The position numbers and the translations under genes were made by a program. A model generated the notes under the pieces. The model ran no database searches, was not told where the DNA came from, and saw only the letters and a program-made list of their open reading frames with translations. A stretch of 64,000 nucleotides of DNA. Source: Meyerozyma guilliermondii (Eukaryota). Shown one piece after another: positions 18,014 through 28,159 of this stretch (its first letter is position 1; each line of letters begins with the position of its first letter). The stretch lies in contig CP128817.1 of NCBI GenBank assembly GCA_051546255.1, positions 372,001 through 436,000 on the forward strand, in the 5' to 3' direction.

Positions 18014-19897
18014 ATGACAACCTACGAGAAAATAGTCAAAGGAGCGACAAAAGTCAAGGTGGCTGCGCCAAAACCTAAATATATCGAGCCGATTTTAATG
18101 GCCACTCTGATGGATTATCGGACAGGAGCCGAGAACTTTTCTACGATTATGAGAACGTTACAAGTTCGGCTCCAAGATAATGCTTGGAGTGTGGTTTATA
18201 AGCTGTTATTGGTGATTCATATCATGATCCGGGAGGGAGACCGGGACGTTGTGTTGGAGTATTTGAGTCGCAAAGCTCCACATATGCTCAATTTATCGCT
18301 GTCCAACATCTTTCGAAACTCCAGCCACAATAGTGACGTCAAATATATCGTCAAGTACGCCAAATACCTTCAAGTTCGGGTCAAGCAATTTGACTTGACC
18401 GGCATAGATTACGTTCGGGATGAGAGATCAAATAATAGCACCAGTCAATCTGGGGGCCGGTTGCGATCTCTTCTGGTGGAAAAGGGGTTGCTTCGGGAAA
18501 CCGAAAGTGTTCAAAAGCAAATTGACGCTCTCCTCAAGAATAGTTTCATGGAAAATGAAATCAACAATGACATGTTGTTGACGGCATTCAGGCTCTTGGT
18601 CAACGACCTCTTGGCGCTTTTCCAGGAGCTCAATGAGGGAGTCATCAACTTGTTGGAACACTACTTCGAGATGTCTCGAGTTGATGCCGAAACAGCCCTC
18701 AAAATTTATAAAAAGTTTGTCGACCAAACAAAATACGTCATAGACTACTTGCGGGTGGCCAAGCATCTCGAGTATGCTACAAAGTTGCATGTTCCTACTA
18801 TAAAGCATGCCCCCACCGCATTGACGTCTTCTTTGGAGGAATATCTCGATGATCCCAACTTTGAAGCGAATAGAAGGCAATTTCTCGCTGAAAAAGATCT
18901 CAAGTCGAACACAAAGAGTGGGAACACATCTGCTCCTCAGAAAACGCTTCTTGAGAACCAGAAAGACAGCGAACACCAGCGTGTCAATAGCATTGTTGTA
19001 CAGCAATCAACTTTCAACCCTTGGAGTGAAATTAACCAAACCAATCAAACTCCGCAATCATGGTCTCAACAGAACTCGGCCATCGTTCCAGCTAGCACTG
19101 GAGTCGGTTTCGGAGGATATGGGCCACAGGTTCAACAAAATACCGGTAATCCTTTCTTGCAGAACCAGGATCAACTGCAGCTTCAACAACAACAAATGCA
19201 ACAACAGCAACTTCTCCAAATGCAACAGCAGCAATTGCAACAGCAGCAGACTCAACAGCAGATTCAGCAACAGCAATTACAGCAACAGCAAACCCAACAA
19301 TTCCAGCAACAACCATTTCAGCAACAGCCATTCCAGCAATTACCGCAACAACAGACCCAGCAGTTTCAGCAGTTTCAACCTTTGCAACAACAAAATACTC
19401 AGCCGTCGCTTACTAGATCGGACACTAATCCATTTGCCTATGCAAATAGACAATCTATGCAGCCTGCAAACACTGGGAATCCATTTGCCAATACCAGATT
19501 TGCAACGGGAAGTACTACTACTGCTCTCTCCAATGGAGGGGTTGGTATCGCACCACAAAGAACCTACACTGGTTCAAATCCGTTTGCTGTATCCGAGACC
19601 ACGTCAAAGCTTTTTGACCAGGCATCAACTCCAAAGGTGCAACCAATTCAGCACCAGCCCACAGCTGGTGGTCTAGAGAACTTGCCAACGATTCCTGTGT
19701 TCCCTGAAACGCAACGGCAGGCCATTAAAACCGCATACTGGAACAATGCACAAGCTAGCCTCCATCAAAACTCAACTGGATATAACCAGTTCCTGCCAAA
19801 TCAGCCACAAAGTCAATTTGGTTATCAGGGTACGGGTGCGCAGCCAATTCAGCAGCAACCTACATACCTGGCTTATAATGGCCCTAGTTTAATCTAG
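18014..19897 (+). CDS. YAP1802: AP180/CALM clathrin adaptor (ANTH domain, NPF motifs, polyQ)
   Basis: MTTYEKIVKGATKVKVAAPKPKYIEPIL ANTH start; several NPF/NPW motifs; Q-rich tract. Confidence 0.92.
   Translation: MTTYEKIVKGATKVKVAAPKPKYIEPILMATLMDYRTGAENFSTIMRTLQVRLQDNAWSVVYKLLLVIHIMIREGDRDVVLEYLSRKAPHMLNLSLSNIFRNSSHNSDVKYIVKYAKYLQVRVKQFDLTGIDYVRDERSNNSTSQSGGRLRSLLVEKGLLRETESVQKQIDALLKNSFMENEINNDMLLTAFRLLVNDLLALFQELNEGVINLLEHYFEMSRVDAETALKIYKKFVDQTKYVIDYLRVAKHLEYATKLHVPTIKHAPTALTSSLEEYLDDPNFEANRRQFLAEKDLKSNTKSGNTSAPQKTLLENQKDSEHQRVNSIVVQQSTFNPWSEINQTNQTPQSWSQQNSAIVPASTGVGFGGYGPQVQQNTGNPFLQNQDQLQLQQQQMQQQQLLQMQQQQLQQQQTQQQIQQQQLQQQQTQQFQQQPFQQQPFQQLPQQQTQQFQQFQPLQQQNTQPSLTRSDTNPFAYANRQSMQPANTGNPFANTRFATGSTTTALSNGGVGIAPQRTYTGSNPFAVSETTSKLFDQASTPKVQPIQHQPTAGGLENLPTIPVFPETQRQAIKTAYWNNAQASLHQNSTGYNQFLPNQPQSQFGYQGTGAQPIQQQPTYLAYNGPSLI
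19170..19395 (+). repeat. CAA/CAG polyglutamine-rich tract in YAP180x
   Basis: Mixed CAA/CAG runs encoding QLQQQQMQQQQLLQMQQQQ...QQQPFQQQPF. Confidence 0.9.
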
Positions 19898-19925
19898 ACA
19901 TATTCATTTAGATGTATTCTATTAT

Positions 19926-21080
19926 TCAATATGCTGCGAAAAAGCACGCTAAAACGAAATACATAACAGCGCTATGACCGTTGATTGCGCCGCTATTTGC
20001 CGATGTTGCAACTGACGGAGCCGCCGAAGAGGAAGTGGAAGATGTAGTCGATGTTGAGGAAGTGGAAAGTGTAGTCGATGTAGACGACCCATCACTTCCA
20101 ACTTGGGTGCTCCCAGTGGTTTCAGAAAGAGTCGACGCAGAAGTACTTTTAGCTGCAGTGCCTGAATCAGATGTACCAGAAGCTGAAGCTGAAGTAGTTA
20201 CCGTCGAACTTGAAGAATTAGATTCGTTACTATCGGCTACTGCGGCCTTTCCTTTTCTTCCATTCACTTCTCCATCCTTTGCCTCAATTGAAGTCCATTT
20301 TCCAGATTTATCACCATAGGAGTACTCCTTGCCAGTCGAATAATCGCTAACACTAAGATCTTTAATGTACATTTTGAAAGGAGCATCGCTGTAATCCGTT
20401 TCTCCTCCAGCCCATTCGATGGTTCCTGCTTCGTTGGACGGATCTCCTCCGGCCCAAATTCCTGCCTTGATGTACATTGGAGTTTGAGGATAACCCGAAG
20501 AGGTAGTATTTTTAAGTGTGCGAACGGGGGTTCCATCAAAGTACCACACCAACTCTTCTTCGGTCCAAACTATGGTATAGTTGTGGAAGTCGTCTTGCGG
20601 AGCGGAGTTTACATTGTGATACTCGCCGCGATCGTAGGTAGTGGTGTTTCCCTTGGAGAAAAAGTTGGACTGGAATTGAGTATCGTCACCACCCAACCAT
20701 TCAAGATCAATTTCGTCTAAATCATCTGACTGCAAGTAGAAAGAAGAAACTATTCCTTGGCCCTTAGCAGCTTTCAACAGGCACTCAATTCTTCCAAACA
20801 TGATATAAAACGTGGACTTGATAGCTGGATTGTCAAAGCGCTTTGCAAGAGTCATGGTCAACCCATCATCTCCGTATGATATACCGGACTCTGTAGATTC
20901 CTCGTTGAAATAATCCAGCGACGAAGTAAAATCCACGCTTATATCGGTAGCCAACGCGGTATCCGCCGAACACGAAGATGAGAGGGGATTGCAAGCAGAA
21001 GAAGTTGCAGAAGTTGTAGCGGAAGCGGCTTGTGCCAAAGTTACCGCCGTCAATGAAACAAGTATTGTGTGCCAAAGCAT
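19926..21080 (-). CDS. CRH1: GH16 chitin transglycosylase, GPI-anchored (Crh1/Crh11 family)
   Basis: Signal peptide from ATG 21080, catalytic DLDEIDLEW, GTIEWAGG, Ser/Thr stalk and hydrophobic GPI signal. Confidence 0.92.
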   Translation of the reverse strand: MLWHTILVSLTAVTLAQAASATTSATSSACNPLSSSCSADTALATDISVDFTSSLDYFNEESTESGISYGDDGLTMTLAKRFDNPAIKSTFYIMFGRIECLLKAAKGQGIVSSFYLQSDDLDEIDLEWLGGDDTQFQSNFFSKGNTTTYDRGEYHNVNSAPQDDFHNYTIVWTEEELVWYFDGTPVRTLKNTTSSGYPQTPMYIKAGIWAGGDPSNEAGTIEWAGGETDYSDAPFKMYIKDLSVSDYSTGKEYSYGDKSGKWTSIEAKDGEVNGRKGKAAVADSNESNSSSSTVTTSASASGTSDSGTAAKSTSASTLSETTGSTQVGSDGSSTSTTLSTSSTSTTSSTSSSAAPSVATSANSGAINGHSAVMYFVLACFFAAY

Positions 21081-21427
21081 TATCTTTCGAATTGGGCTCA
21101 AGACCTTTAAGTAGGATACAGATTTGCAGCCTTTGCAAACGCGAAATGGCGCGCGGGCAGTGCCAGGACGCCAAATACAATTTAGCAATTCTTGTCCGAT
21201 TTAAGTCCGAATTGAGCCCAGATTGTTCTTGGCTGCAATTGCGACAAAATACCAAGGTTTCTAGAACTCAACAGATCAAATACTGCCTCCATCCTCATGG
21301 CCCTAGACATTGGGGTGGAGGCAGAGCCACGAATTACCTGCAGTACGCTGGCTGCGGAATCTGCATTCTGCCGCACGTCAACGAGATCTAATCGGCGCAG
21401 CTTGCAATGCCGTTTTGCGCCTCTTTT

Positions 21428-21847
21428 TCAGTAGTCGTCATCCCAGAATCTTCTGTCATAGTCCTCGGTGACTTCTGAGTCCTCACCGTACTCCATCACC
21501 CATTTTGTAAAACCCCCTTTGAGCACCCAGACGCGGAACGGGTGTTCGAGACCCGCAGTTTCTTTCATAAAGGTAAGCGCCGCCTTTGGCGCACGGGACT
21601 GGGACATTGCACAGTGGATTACCACGTCGCGAGCATTGCGCTGAACCAAAGTGTCCTTAAGTTCGGATAAAGAATTGTAAAAATTACCCGATGGAAAGTG
21701 TAAGCAACCTTTTATGTGGCCACCAGCATAGTCGGAGTCACGCACATCTACAATGGCAAACTTATCATTGGATGCACTCTTGCCTTTTTTGAGCCACTCT
21801 CGAAGAGTAGCTACGGTTATATATTTCAAATCCGATACGTTAGCCAT
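21428..21847 (-). CDS. YCH1: Cdc25-like rhodanese-fold phosphatase/arsenate reductase
   Basis: IVDVRDSDYAGGHIKG, HCAMSQSR (HCX5R) and VLKGGF motifs; divergent from PCT1. Confidence 0.88.
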   Translation of the reverse strand: MANVSDLKYITVATLREWLKKGKSASNDKFAIVDVRDSDYAGGHIKGCLHFPSGNFYNSLSELKDTLVQRNARDVVIHCAMSQSRAPKAALTFMKETAGLEHPFRVWVLKGGFTKWVMEYGEDSEVTEDYDRRFWDDDY

Positions 21848-22173
21848 AATTGTTGAATCTCAACCGATTCGAAGTTGCGAATTACTTGGAGACTGCATAC
21901 AATCCTTGGCTGCTTGGCGGTAACCAGTAGCCCAAAATGGCCCCAGCTTCGTCATATGGTCTCCAGTTTCATTTTCAAAGTTTTTGAGCTGTTATAAAGA
22001 GCTCTGTGGATTTTTTTGCCATTATAGCCCCCAATGGGTTCTGACAGTTTACACATGCCAAACCACTGTCCTGCATGTTGCGCCCGGTTCCCTCGTCAGT
22101 TTGTGGTTTTCTATCGTTGCTCCATTTTGATTCCACCCGCATTTTCCCTCTGCGGCTCTGAAACTTTTGTATA

Positions 22174-23448
22174 ATGCCTGATCCAGCCCGGACTGCCGAG
22201 GGCGACCATGACAACAAGGATGGCACCACGATTTCAAGAACCATTTCTGTGGAATCAATTGCACCAAAATTGACGTCGTTATTTCGACAAAGAAAACGTG
22301 GTAGAAACGACGAGTCGGATGGTTCAGGTGAGTCCACAGGCGATTCTGGCCATTCCAGTGACGACGACAATGTAGCGCACAAGAGACAAAAGCGAGAAAA
22401 AACCCAGGAAGAAAAAGATTTTGAAGAAAGAGAGGCAAAATTGGATGCTGAACTTCCGCAAGAATTGAGAAAATTCCGTCCCCGTGGTTTCAAGTTCAAT
22501 CTTCCTCCAAAAGACAGACCAATTCGTATCTATGCCGACGGTGTTTTCGACTTGTTCCACTTGGGTCATATGAAGCAATTGGAACAAGCCAAAAAGGCAT
22601 TTCCAAATGTAGAATTGGTGTGTGGAATTCCATCTGATATTGAGACTCACAAGCGCAAAGGATTAACGGTGTTGACCGACCAACAGAGACTCGAGACATT
22701 GAAGCACTGTAGGTGGGTCGATGAGGTGGTTCCCAATGCTCCATGGAGCGTGACTCCACAGTTTTTGAGAGAGCATAGAATCGACTATGTGGCTCACGAT
22801 GATTTGCCCTATGCATCTACTGACAGCGACGATATATACAAGCCTATTAAGGAAGAGGGAAAATTCCTTACTACTCAAAGGACACTGGGTATTTCAACGT
22901 CTGATATTATCACCAAGATCATTCGTGATTACGACAAGTACTTGGCGAGAAACTTTGCTCGAGGTGCGACTCGCAAGGAACTCAATGTTAGTTGGTTAAA
23001 GAAAAACGAATTGGAATTCAAGAAGCATATCAGCGATTTCAGGTCTTATTGGACCAAGAACAGAGCCAACTTAAACACAGTTTCCCGGGACTTATACTTT
23101 GAAGTTAGAGAGTACATGAGAGGAAGAAGAGCCGATGCTGCATCGTTACTCGAAGCTGGCTCCGCTGCCAGCGATTCAGAAGACTCCCATTCGCAACCAC
23201 ACTCTCGCGCTGGCTCGCCACTCAGTGAGTTTGCTGCCAAGTACATTGGAAACGCCAACAAGGACTTGAACAAGTCGATCTTTAAAAATGTCGCTGGTTG
23301 GATGAAGCGTGATGAAGAAAGGACCCTTGATAACTTGTCCACGACCTCTTCCAAGGAAACTGCCAATAATAAACCACTCAAGCAAGTACAATCGGAGCCA
23401 AAAAGCAGTCCCAAAAGACCAATCAAACGAACTCGAAAGAGGACCTAA
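22174..23448 (+). CDS. PCT1: Choline-phosphate cytidylyltransferase
   Basis: RIYADGVFDLFHLGHMKQLEQAKK (HxGH), DYVAHDDLPY and RTxGISTSDII. Confidence 0.96.
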   Translation: MPDPARTAEGDHDNKDGTTISRTISVESIAPKLTSLFRQRKRGRNDESDGSGESTGDSGHSSDDDNVAHKRQKREKTQEEKDFEEREAKLDAELPQELRKFRPRGFKFNLPPKDRPIRIYADGVFDLFHLGHMKQLEQAKKAFPNVELVCGIPSDIETHKRKGLTVLTDQQRLETLKHCRWVDEVVPNAPWSVTPQFLREHRIDYVAHDDLPYASTDSDDIYKPIKEEGKFLTTQRTLGISTSDIITKIIRDYDKYLARNFARGATRKELNVSWLKKNELEFKKHISDFRSYWTKNRANLNTVSRDLYFEVREYMRGRRADAASLLEAGSAASDSEDSHSQPHSRAGSPLSEFAAKYIGNANKDLNKSIFKNVAGWMKRDEERTLDNLSTTSSKETANNKPLKQVQSEPKSSPKRPIKRTRKRT

Positions 23449-23580
23449 CTTTACTCCATTTGTCCCCCACTCAAATTTCGCATGCAGGTTTTGAACTTTT
23501 ATGTAAACCCATACTTAAATTTATCATTTGATTTATTACCAGTGGCAAACCATTTTTGTAGATATTCCCGCCATTGGAAG

Positions 23581-24699
23581 ATGAGCCGTGACATTACCAG
23601 GCCCGATGAACTCGCATCTTTAATACAGCTTCAAGATCGTCTTCAAACGCAACAAGACGAATTGTTTCGAAAACAACAAGAGCTTCAATTTCGTGAAACT
23701 TATGCGGGAACTGGATCTACCAAGAGCTTTACCCAGGGGCTAATCATAGGTCAACTTAGTGTGATAATTTTGCTAGGTATTTTTATCAAGTTTTTCGTAT
23801 TTGCTGACTCGAGTACCACATCTTCGACTTCTGGAAATGGCATTTCCTCCAAGACAGACGTTTCCAATATACTTGTAAAGAGGAAAAAGAATGGCGACGG
23901 CGACGCTGGCTCCGAGGGACGCTCTGATGAGGTGGATACCATACTAGAAAAGACCTATTACGACGTTGACAATCATGCACCGGAATCTTTAGACTGGTTC
24001 AATGTGCTTATAGCGCAAACTATATCGCTGTTTCGTTACGAGGCACTCCAGTCTGATAATATCTACCACTCTTTGAAAGAGTTCTTATCAAAACTGGAAT
24101 TACCAGACTATTTGGGAGATATTCAATTGACGGAAATAGATATTGGCGATGACTTTCCTATCTTTTCCAACTGCCGCATTCGCCCGAGTAAAGACTCCCA
24201 TGGTCGCCTAGAGGCAAAGATAGATGTTGACTTGTCTGATACGTTGACCATGGGTATTCAAACCAAACTCATATTAAACCAGCCGCGGCCATTGACGGCA
24301 GTTCTTCCCATTCTGTTGTCAGTTTCAATTGTGAGGTTTTCCGGTTGCTTAACAGTGTCATTGATCAATACTAATGAAGAAGAGTTCAGCGAACCTCGGG
24401 TTGCAATGGACCTGCCCCAATCTACGCGAGATGATAATAGTGAAGAACCCAATGGTACGGCTCTCCTTTTTTCATTTTCACCAGACTACAGACTTGAGTT
24501 CAACGTCAAGTCACTAATCGGCTCACGAGCTAAGCTCCAGGATGTTCCCAAAATTTCGTCCTTGATAGAGCATCGTCTCCGCAGCTGGTTTGTGGAAAGA
24601 TGTATCGAACCGAGATTTCAAGTGGTGAAGTTACCATCTCTTTGGCCTCGCAAAAAGAATACCAGACAGCCAGTAAGTACTACAGAATCTGATCATTAA
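23581..24699 (+). CDS. MMM1: ERMES subunit Mmm1 (SMP domain)
   Basis: SFTQGLIIGQLSV TM, ESLDWFNVLIAQ and KSLIGSRAKLQDVPKI. ATG 23581 preferred over 23482. Confidence 0.95.
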   Translation: MSRDITRPDELASLIQLQDRLQTQQDELFRKQQELQFRETYAGTGSTKSFTQGLIIGQLSVIILLGIFIKFFVFADSSTTSSTSGNGISSKTDVSNILVKRKKNGDGDAGSEGRSDEVDTILEKTYYDVDNHAPESLDWFNVLIAQTISLFRYEALQSDNIYHSLKEFLSKLELPDYLGDIQLTEIDIGDDFPIFSNCRIRPSKDSHGRLEAKIDVDLSDTLTMGIQTKLILNQPRPLTAVLPILLSVSIVRFSGCLTVSLINTNEEEFSEPRVAMDLPQSTRDDNSEEPNGTALLFSFSPDYRLEFNVKSLIGSRAKLQDVPKISSLIEHRLRSWFVERCIEPRFQVVKLPSLWPRKKNTRQPVSTTESDH

Positions 24700-24823
24700 G
24701 TAAAAAATGTATGAACATTTATTGTCCTAGAGTTACGGCATTGAACGAATTAAAATACTAAATAAGCCGAGAGTTAGGGTATCGAAAAGAAAGATATGAG
24801 GAGAAAGGTCTTAAATGGTAGCC

Positions 24824-26833
24824 TCAAATGTTCATAATGAGGGCGAAGGCAGCAATCACGGACAACACTGATCCTTGAGCAATGTTGGCGGCTCCAACAG
24901 AGACCTCACTGACAGCAGGAGGTGTCACAGAACTGGATGGAGCTTGAGTAGCTGGAACCACGGTAGCTGGAGTGGTTGAAGAAGCAGCAGCTGGAGCAGC
25001 AGTGGATGGGGAAGTAGTAGTTGGGGCAGCAGTGGATGGGGAAGTAGTAGCTGGGGCAGCACTAGTTGGGGCAGTAGCTGGAGCAGCGCTGGATGGAGCA
25101 GGTGCTGGAGCAGCACTGGAAGTGGCAGGTGCTGGTGCAGTTGAAGCTGGGGCCTTGGTAACTGGAGAACTTTGAGCAGCCTCAGTAGATGGAAGTGGGC
25201 AGTAAGTGGTGTAGACGGTTTCGTCCTTGGTGATGGTGGTCACACCAGTAGTAACTGGTTGCTTGGTGCACTTGTTGTCGGAACAAGAAGTGATGGTGAC
25301 GATGGTGGTGCCGACAATATCGGTCTCAGTAGCAACTGCAGCCAAAGAAGTTGAGTTAGCATGAGCCTTACCAGAGTCAGAACCAGATCCAGAACCAGAA
25401 CCAGAACCAGAGCCGGAGCCGGAACCAGAGCCAGAACCAGAACCAGAACCGTTGTCAGAACCAGAACCAGAACCGTTGTCAGAACCAGAACCAGAACCGT
25501 TACCAGAACCGTTGTCAGAACCAGAACCAGAACCGTTACCAGAACCGTTGTCAGAACCAGATCCGTTACCGTTTCCACCGTTTCCAGAGCCATCACCAGA
25601 TCCACCAGTAGCAGTGCTCGAAGCAGACGAGCCGGAACCATCAGTGTTAGTAGCAGTGTTGGAGTCAGAACCAGATCCACCAGTGTTGGTAGCAGTGTTG
25701 GTGTTAGAACCAGAACCACCGGTGTTAGTAGCAGTGTTGGTGTTGCAAGCACCAGTGTTAGTAGCAGTGTTAGCACCGGAAGAGCCGTCAGTGGTGGAAG
25801 CACCAGTGTTAGTAGAAGAGCCCGAGCCGTCAGTGTTGGATGCAGTGTTCGATGCAGTGTTGGAAGAACCAGAGCCACCAGTAGCAGAACCAGTGGAAGA
25901 AGCAGCAGATCCGGTAGAAGAAGCACCGGAAGAAGCACCAGTCACACTTGAAGAACCAGAGTTGGTAGTAGATGCAGCTGGAACGGTAGTGGCCGAGCTT
26001 GAAGGTGGAGCAGTGGACGATTCAGCAGAAGAAGCCACGGAGGAAACACAGTCCAATGACCAACAGAAGTTGGGCAAAACGTTGCTTGGGGCTTGCAACT
26101 TGGGGAAAAGTTCGATGTCAAGGTCGAGGTCGAGATCAAGGTTGATATCGAGTCTCTTTTCCAAATCTTGTCTCTTGGATGGAGTGAATTGTTTGGCATC
26201 CTGGAAGTTTTGGTCAAGAGCATACTTGATGTTTTGTGGGAAGTATTCTTGCCACAACTTACCGACATCGGTGTTGACATCGAGGTCAAGGTCGAGCTCA
26301 ATAGCTAAACCATCTGGCAAACAGAACAAACCGTTGTGGATGGAAGCCTCAATAAGAACTGACACCGAGAAGGCAAACAAGTTGTCAATTCCAGTGCTAG
26401 CATCGGCACCGACAACAACAGCATCGGATTGCAAGTCAGAACCCAATCCAGTAACCTTGGCACTTTTAGCGGAGTTGGCGAAGCTTTGGAAAAGTTGAGC
26501 AGAAGCAGCAGTCTCAAAATCAAGGGTAACCTTAAAGAGGTTTGCTTCAACGTGTGCAACGGCAGAAACTTGGAACACTGCCTTGGGGGGTTGTTGGGTA
26601 GCTCTCTGTTGGAGAAGCCCAGCTTCTCTCTTCAAGTTGATACCAAGATCCAAGCTTTCTTGAAGTCCAATTTGGAGCAATGAGTTGGAAGAACATGGAG
26701 AAGCGCTTGGAAGACCGAGACCCAATGTGAAATCGAAGTACTCACTGATGTTGAGACCGAGGGCCTGAGCAGCAGCAAAGTAAGATGAAGCTGCGACTGC
26801 AATTGCTGCAGCGTTAGAAATAGAACCAAACAT
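24824..26833 (-). CDS. RBT1: Rbt1-like GPI-anchored adhesin (Flo11-like N-domain, GS/NT repeats, Hwp1/Rbt1-type Cys repeat)
   Basis: Signal peptide; KR sites; CLPDGLAIE and [10 protein letters not shown] motifs resembling C. albicans Rbt1; [13 protein letters not shown]...VTTGVTTIT...YTTYCPL domain; GPI signal. Confidence 0.8.
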   Translation of the reverse strand: MFGSISNAAAIAVAASSYFAAAQALGLNISEYFDFTLGLGLPSASPCSSNSLLQIGLQESLDLGINLKREAGLLQQRATQQPPKAVFQVSAVAHVEANLFKVTLDFETAASAQLFQSFANSAKSAKVTGLGSDLQSDAVVVGADASTGIDNLFAFSVSVLIEASIHNGLFCLPDGLAIELDLDLDVNTDVGKLWQEYFPQNIKYALDQNFQDAKQFTPSKRQDLEKRLDINLDLDLDLDIELFPKLQAPSNVLPNFCWSLDCVSSVASSAESSTAPPSSSATTVPAASTTNSGSSSVTGASSGASSTGSAASSTGSATGGSGSSNTASNTASNTDGSGSSTNTGASTTDGSSGANTATNTGACNTNTATNTGGSGSNTNTATNTGGSGSDSNTATNTDGSGSSASSTATGGSGDGSGNGGNGNGSGSDNGSGNGSGSGSDNGSGNGSGSGSDNGSGSGSDNGSGSGSGSGSGSGSGSGSGSGSGSDSGKAHANSTSLAAVATETDIVGTTIVTITSCSDNKCTKQPVTTGVTTITKDETVYTTYCPLPSTEAAQSSPVTKAPASTAPAPATSSAAPAPAPSSAAPATAPTSAAPATTSPSTAAPTTTSPSTAAPAAASSTTPATVVPATQAPSSSVTPPAVSEVSVGAANIAQGSVLSVIAAFALIMNI
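25381..25775 (-). repeat. Intragenic tandem repeats: (GS)n, [10 protein letters not shown] and [11 protein letters not shown] units
   Basis: AGAACC hexamer runs plus 30-bp and about 36-bp units in the RBT1-like stalk. Confidence 0.9.
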
Positions 26834-26890
26834 TAATAAAGCGAGTGACTTTGAGTACTTTCTGAAGAATCACTGGAGAACCACCCGTCA

Positions 26891-26896
26891 TTTATA
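26891..26896 (-). promoter_or_regulatory. TATA box of the RBT1-like gene
   Basis: TATAAA on the minus strand about 60 bp upstream of ATG 26833. Confidence 0.55.
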
Positions 26897-28159
26897 GTTT
26901 GATCCTGGTCTCGATGATCATAACAAATTTATCCCAATATGATAATTTTATCACAGTTTGGAATATTTACATTATTCTCATGCAAGTCAATTACAAGACA
27001 ATAACTTTTTCTGCAACCTTACGAACGTGGAATCGCCCACTTTCCGCCCTCGACGCATATTTGGCTATTATTATTGCTATGGTTAAAGTATCAATTCTAC
27101 TACATTGAGCAAATGCTTTATTGTACTAAAAAATTGGTACATTTTGCAACCATCGCGACCGATTGTCCTGCAGCCCGAGAACCTCAGCCATAAAGGGAAA
27201 AATTACCGTTACAATGGAAACCTGCACCATTTTACCATGCAGGCTTCTTGTTGAAGTATGGTCTATACTCAAAACAATTCACTAAAGCATTGTTTGGCCA
27301 GTTGTATGCAGGCTGGTCTTTTCCAATTCGGTTAAACTTCCGCACGACACGGCCCTTCAATGAGGCATTTACGGGCATCCGTAAATCTGCAGCACGCGAT
27401 AGCTCGAGATAGTCCAAAGACGGGCAAAGTGACGCGCATGTGGTACGAGGTCAATTGGTTGGAATATGGCGGGCATGTGCATGTAGTAATATTTTCTACC
27501 ACCGATCTCTCAACGGCGAAAAGCCGATGCCGATACAAGTGCAGGACTCGTAGGCGATGACAAACTAACGCACGAGCGCGGGTGCAATTTCCGTGGTGAG
27601 GATAGATGCAGGATGGTTGCCGGGCAATTGCGTCAATAGACGGTGCTTCCAGTACACAGCTTGGCATGCATAACTACAGGGTAATTAGACTGTGCGCATG
27701 AAAATGGTTTGTAGAGTATTTTCGGAATCAGCAGTGTAAGCCTCTCTGGCTAATTGTCTCGTTTAACGTGTAGATCAATGGCTGCAAATTATGAGAATAT
27801 TAGTCGATACAACCGTATTACTTGTGAGTACGAATTGGAAACATGGTATTGTTTGTAGAAAAGCTTGCATATACACCTTCTGTGTGTATTTCGCCCAACG
27901 AAAGTCCTAAACAAAGAGAAAGTCCTGCACTCACTTACCCAATTGGGTGCACAATAGAGGTCAAGCGTTCCCAACTACGAGTTCTTTGGTTCTGATGCAT
28001 ACGGCACACTAAGTTGTCATTGAATTCCGTTCTAAATATAATTGTTGAATGAATATTCGTAAATCCGAGAATAAGAAAAAAAAACCGAGTTGGGAAAAAG
28101 TAACACTGTGGCTATGGGTATCGAAAAAAGTATCCAATAATGAAAGCGGTTCAAGTCAA

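Noticed and set aside
18849..19676. 275-aa overlapping N/S-rich ORF within YAP180x
   Set aside because: Frame-shifted reading of the CAA/CAG tract.
25240..26498. Long alternative-frame and antisense ORFs (EPEPEP, RTRTRT, LVLVL) over the RBT1-like gene
   Set aside because: Shadows of stop-free tandem repeats.
27649..27657. CCAGTACAC as a possible telomerase RNA template
   Set aside because: Only 9 nt of match and no other supporting elements; compatible with chance.
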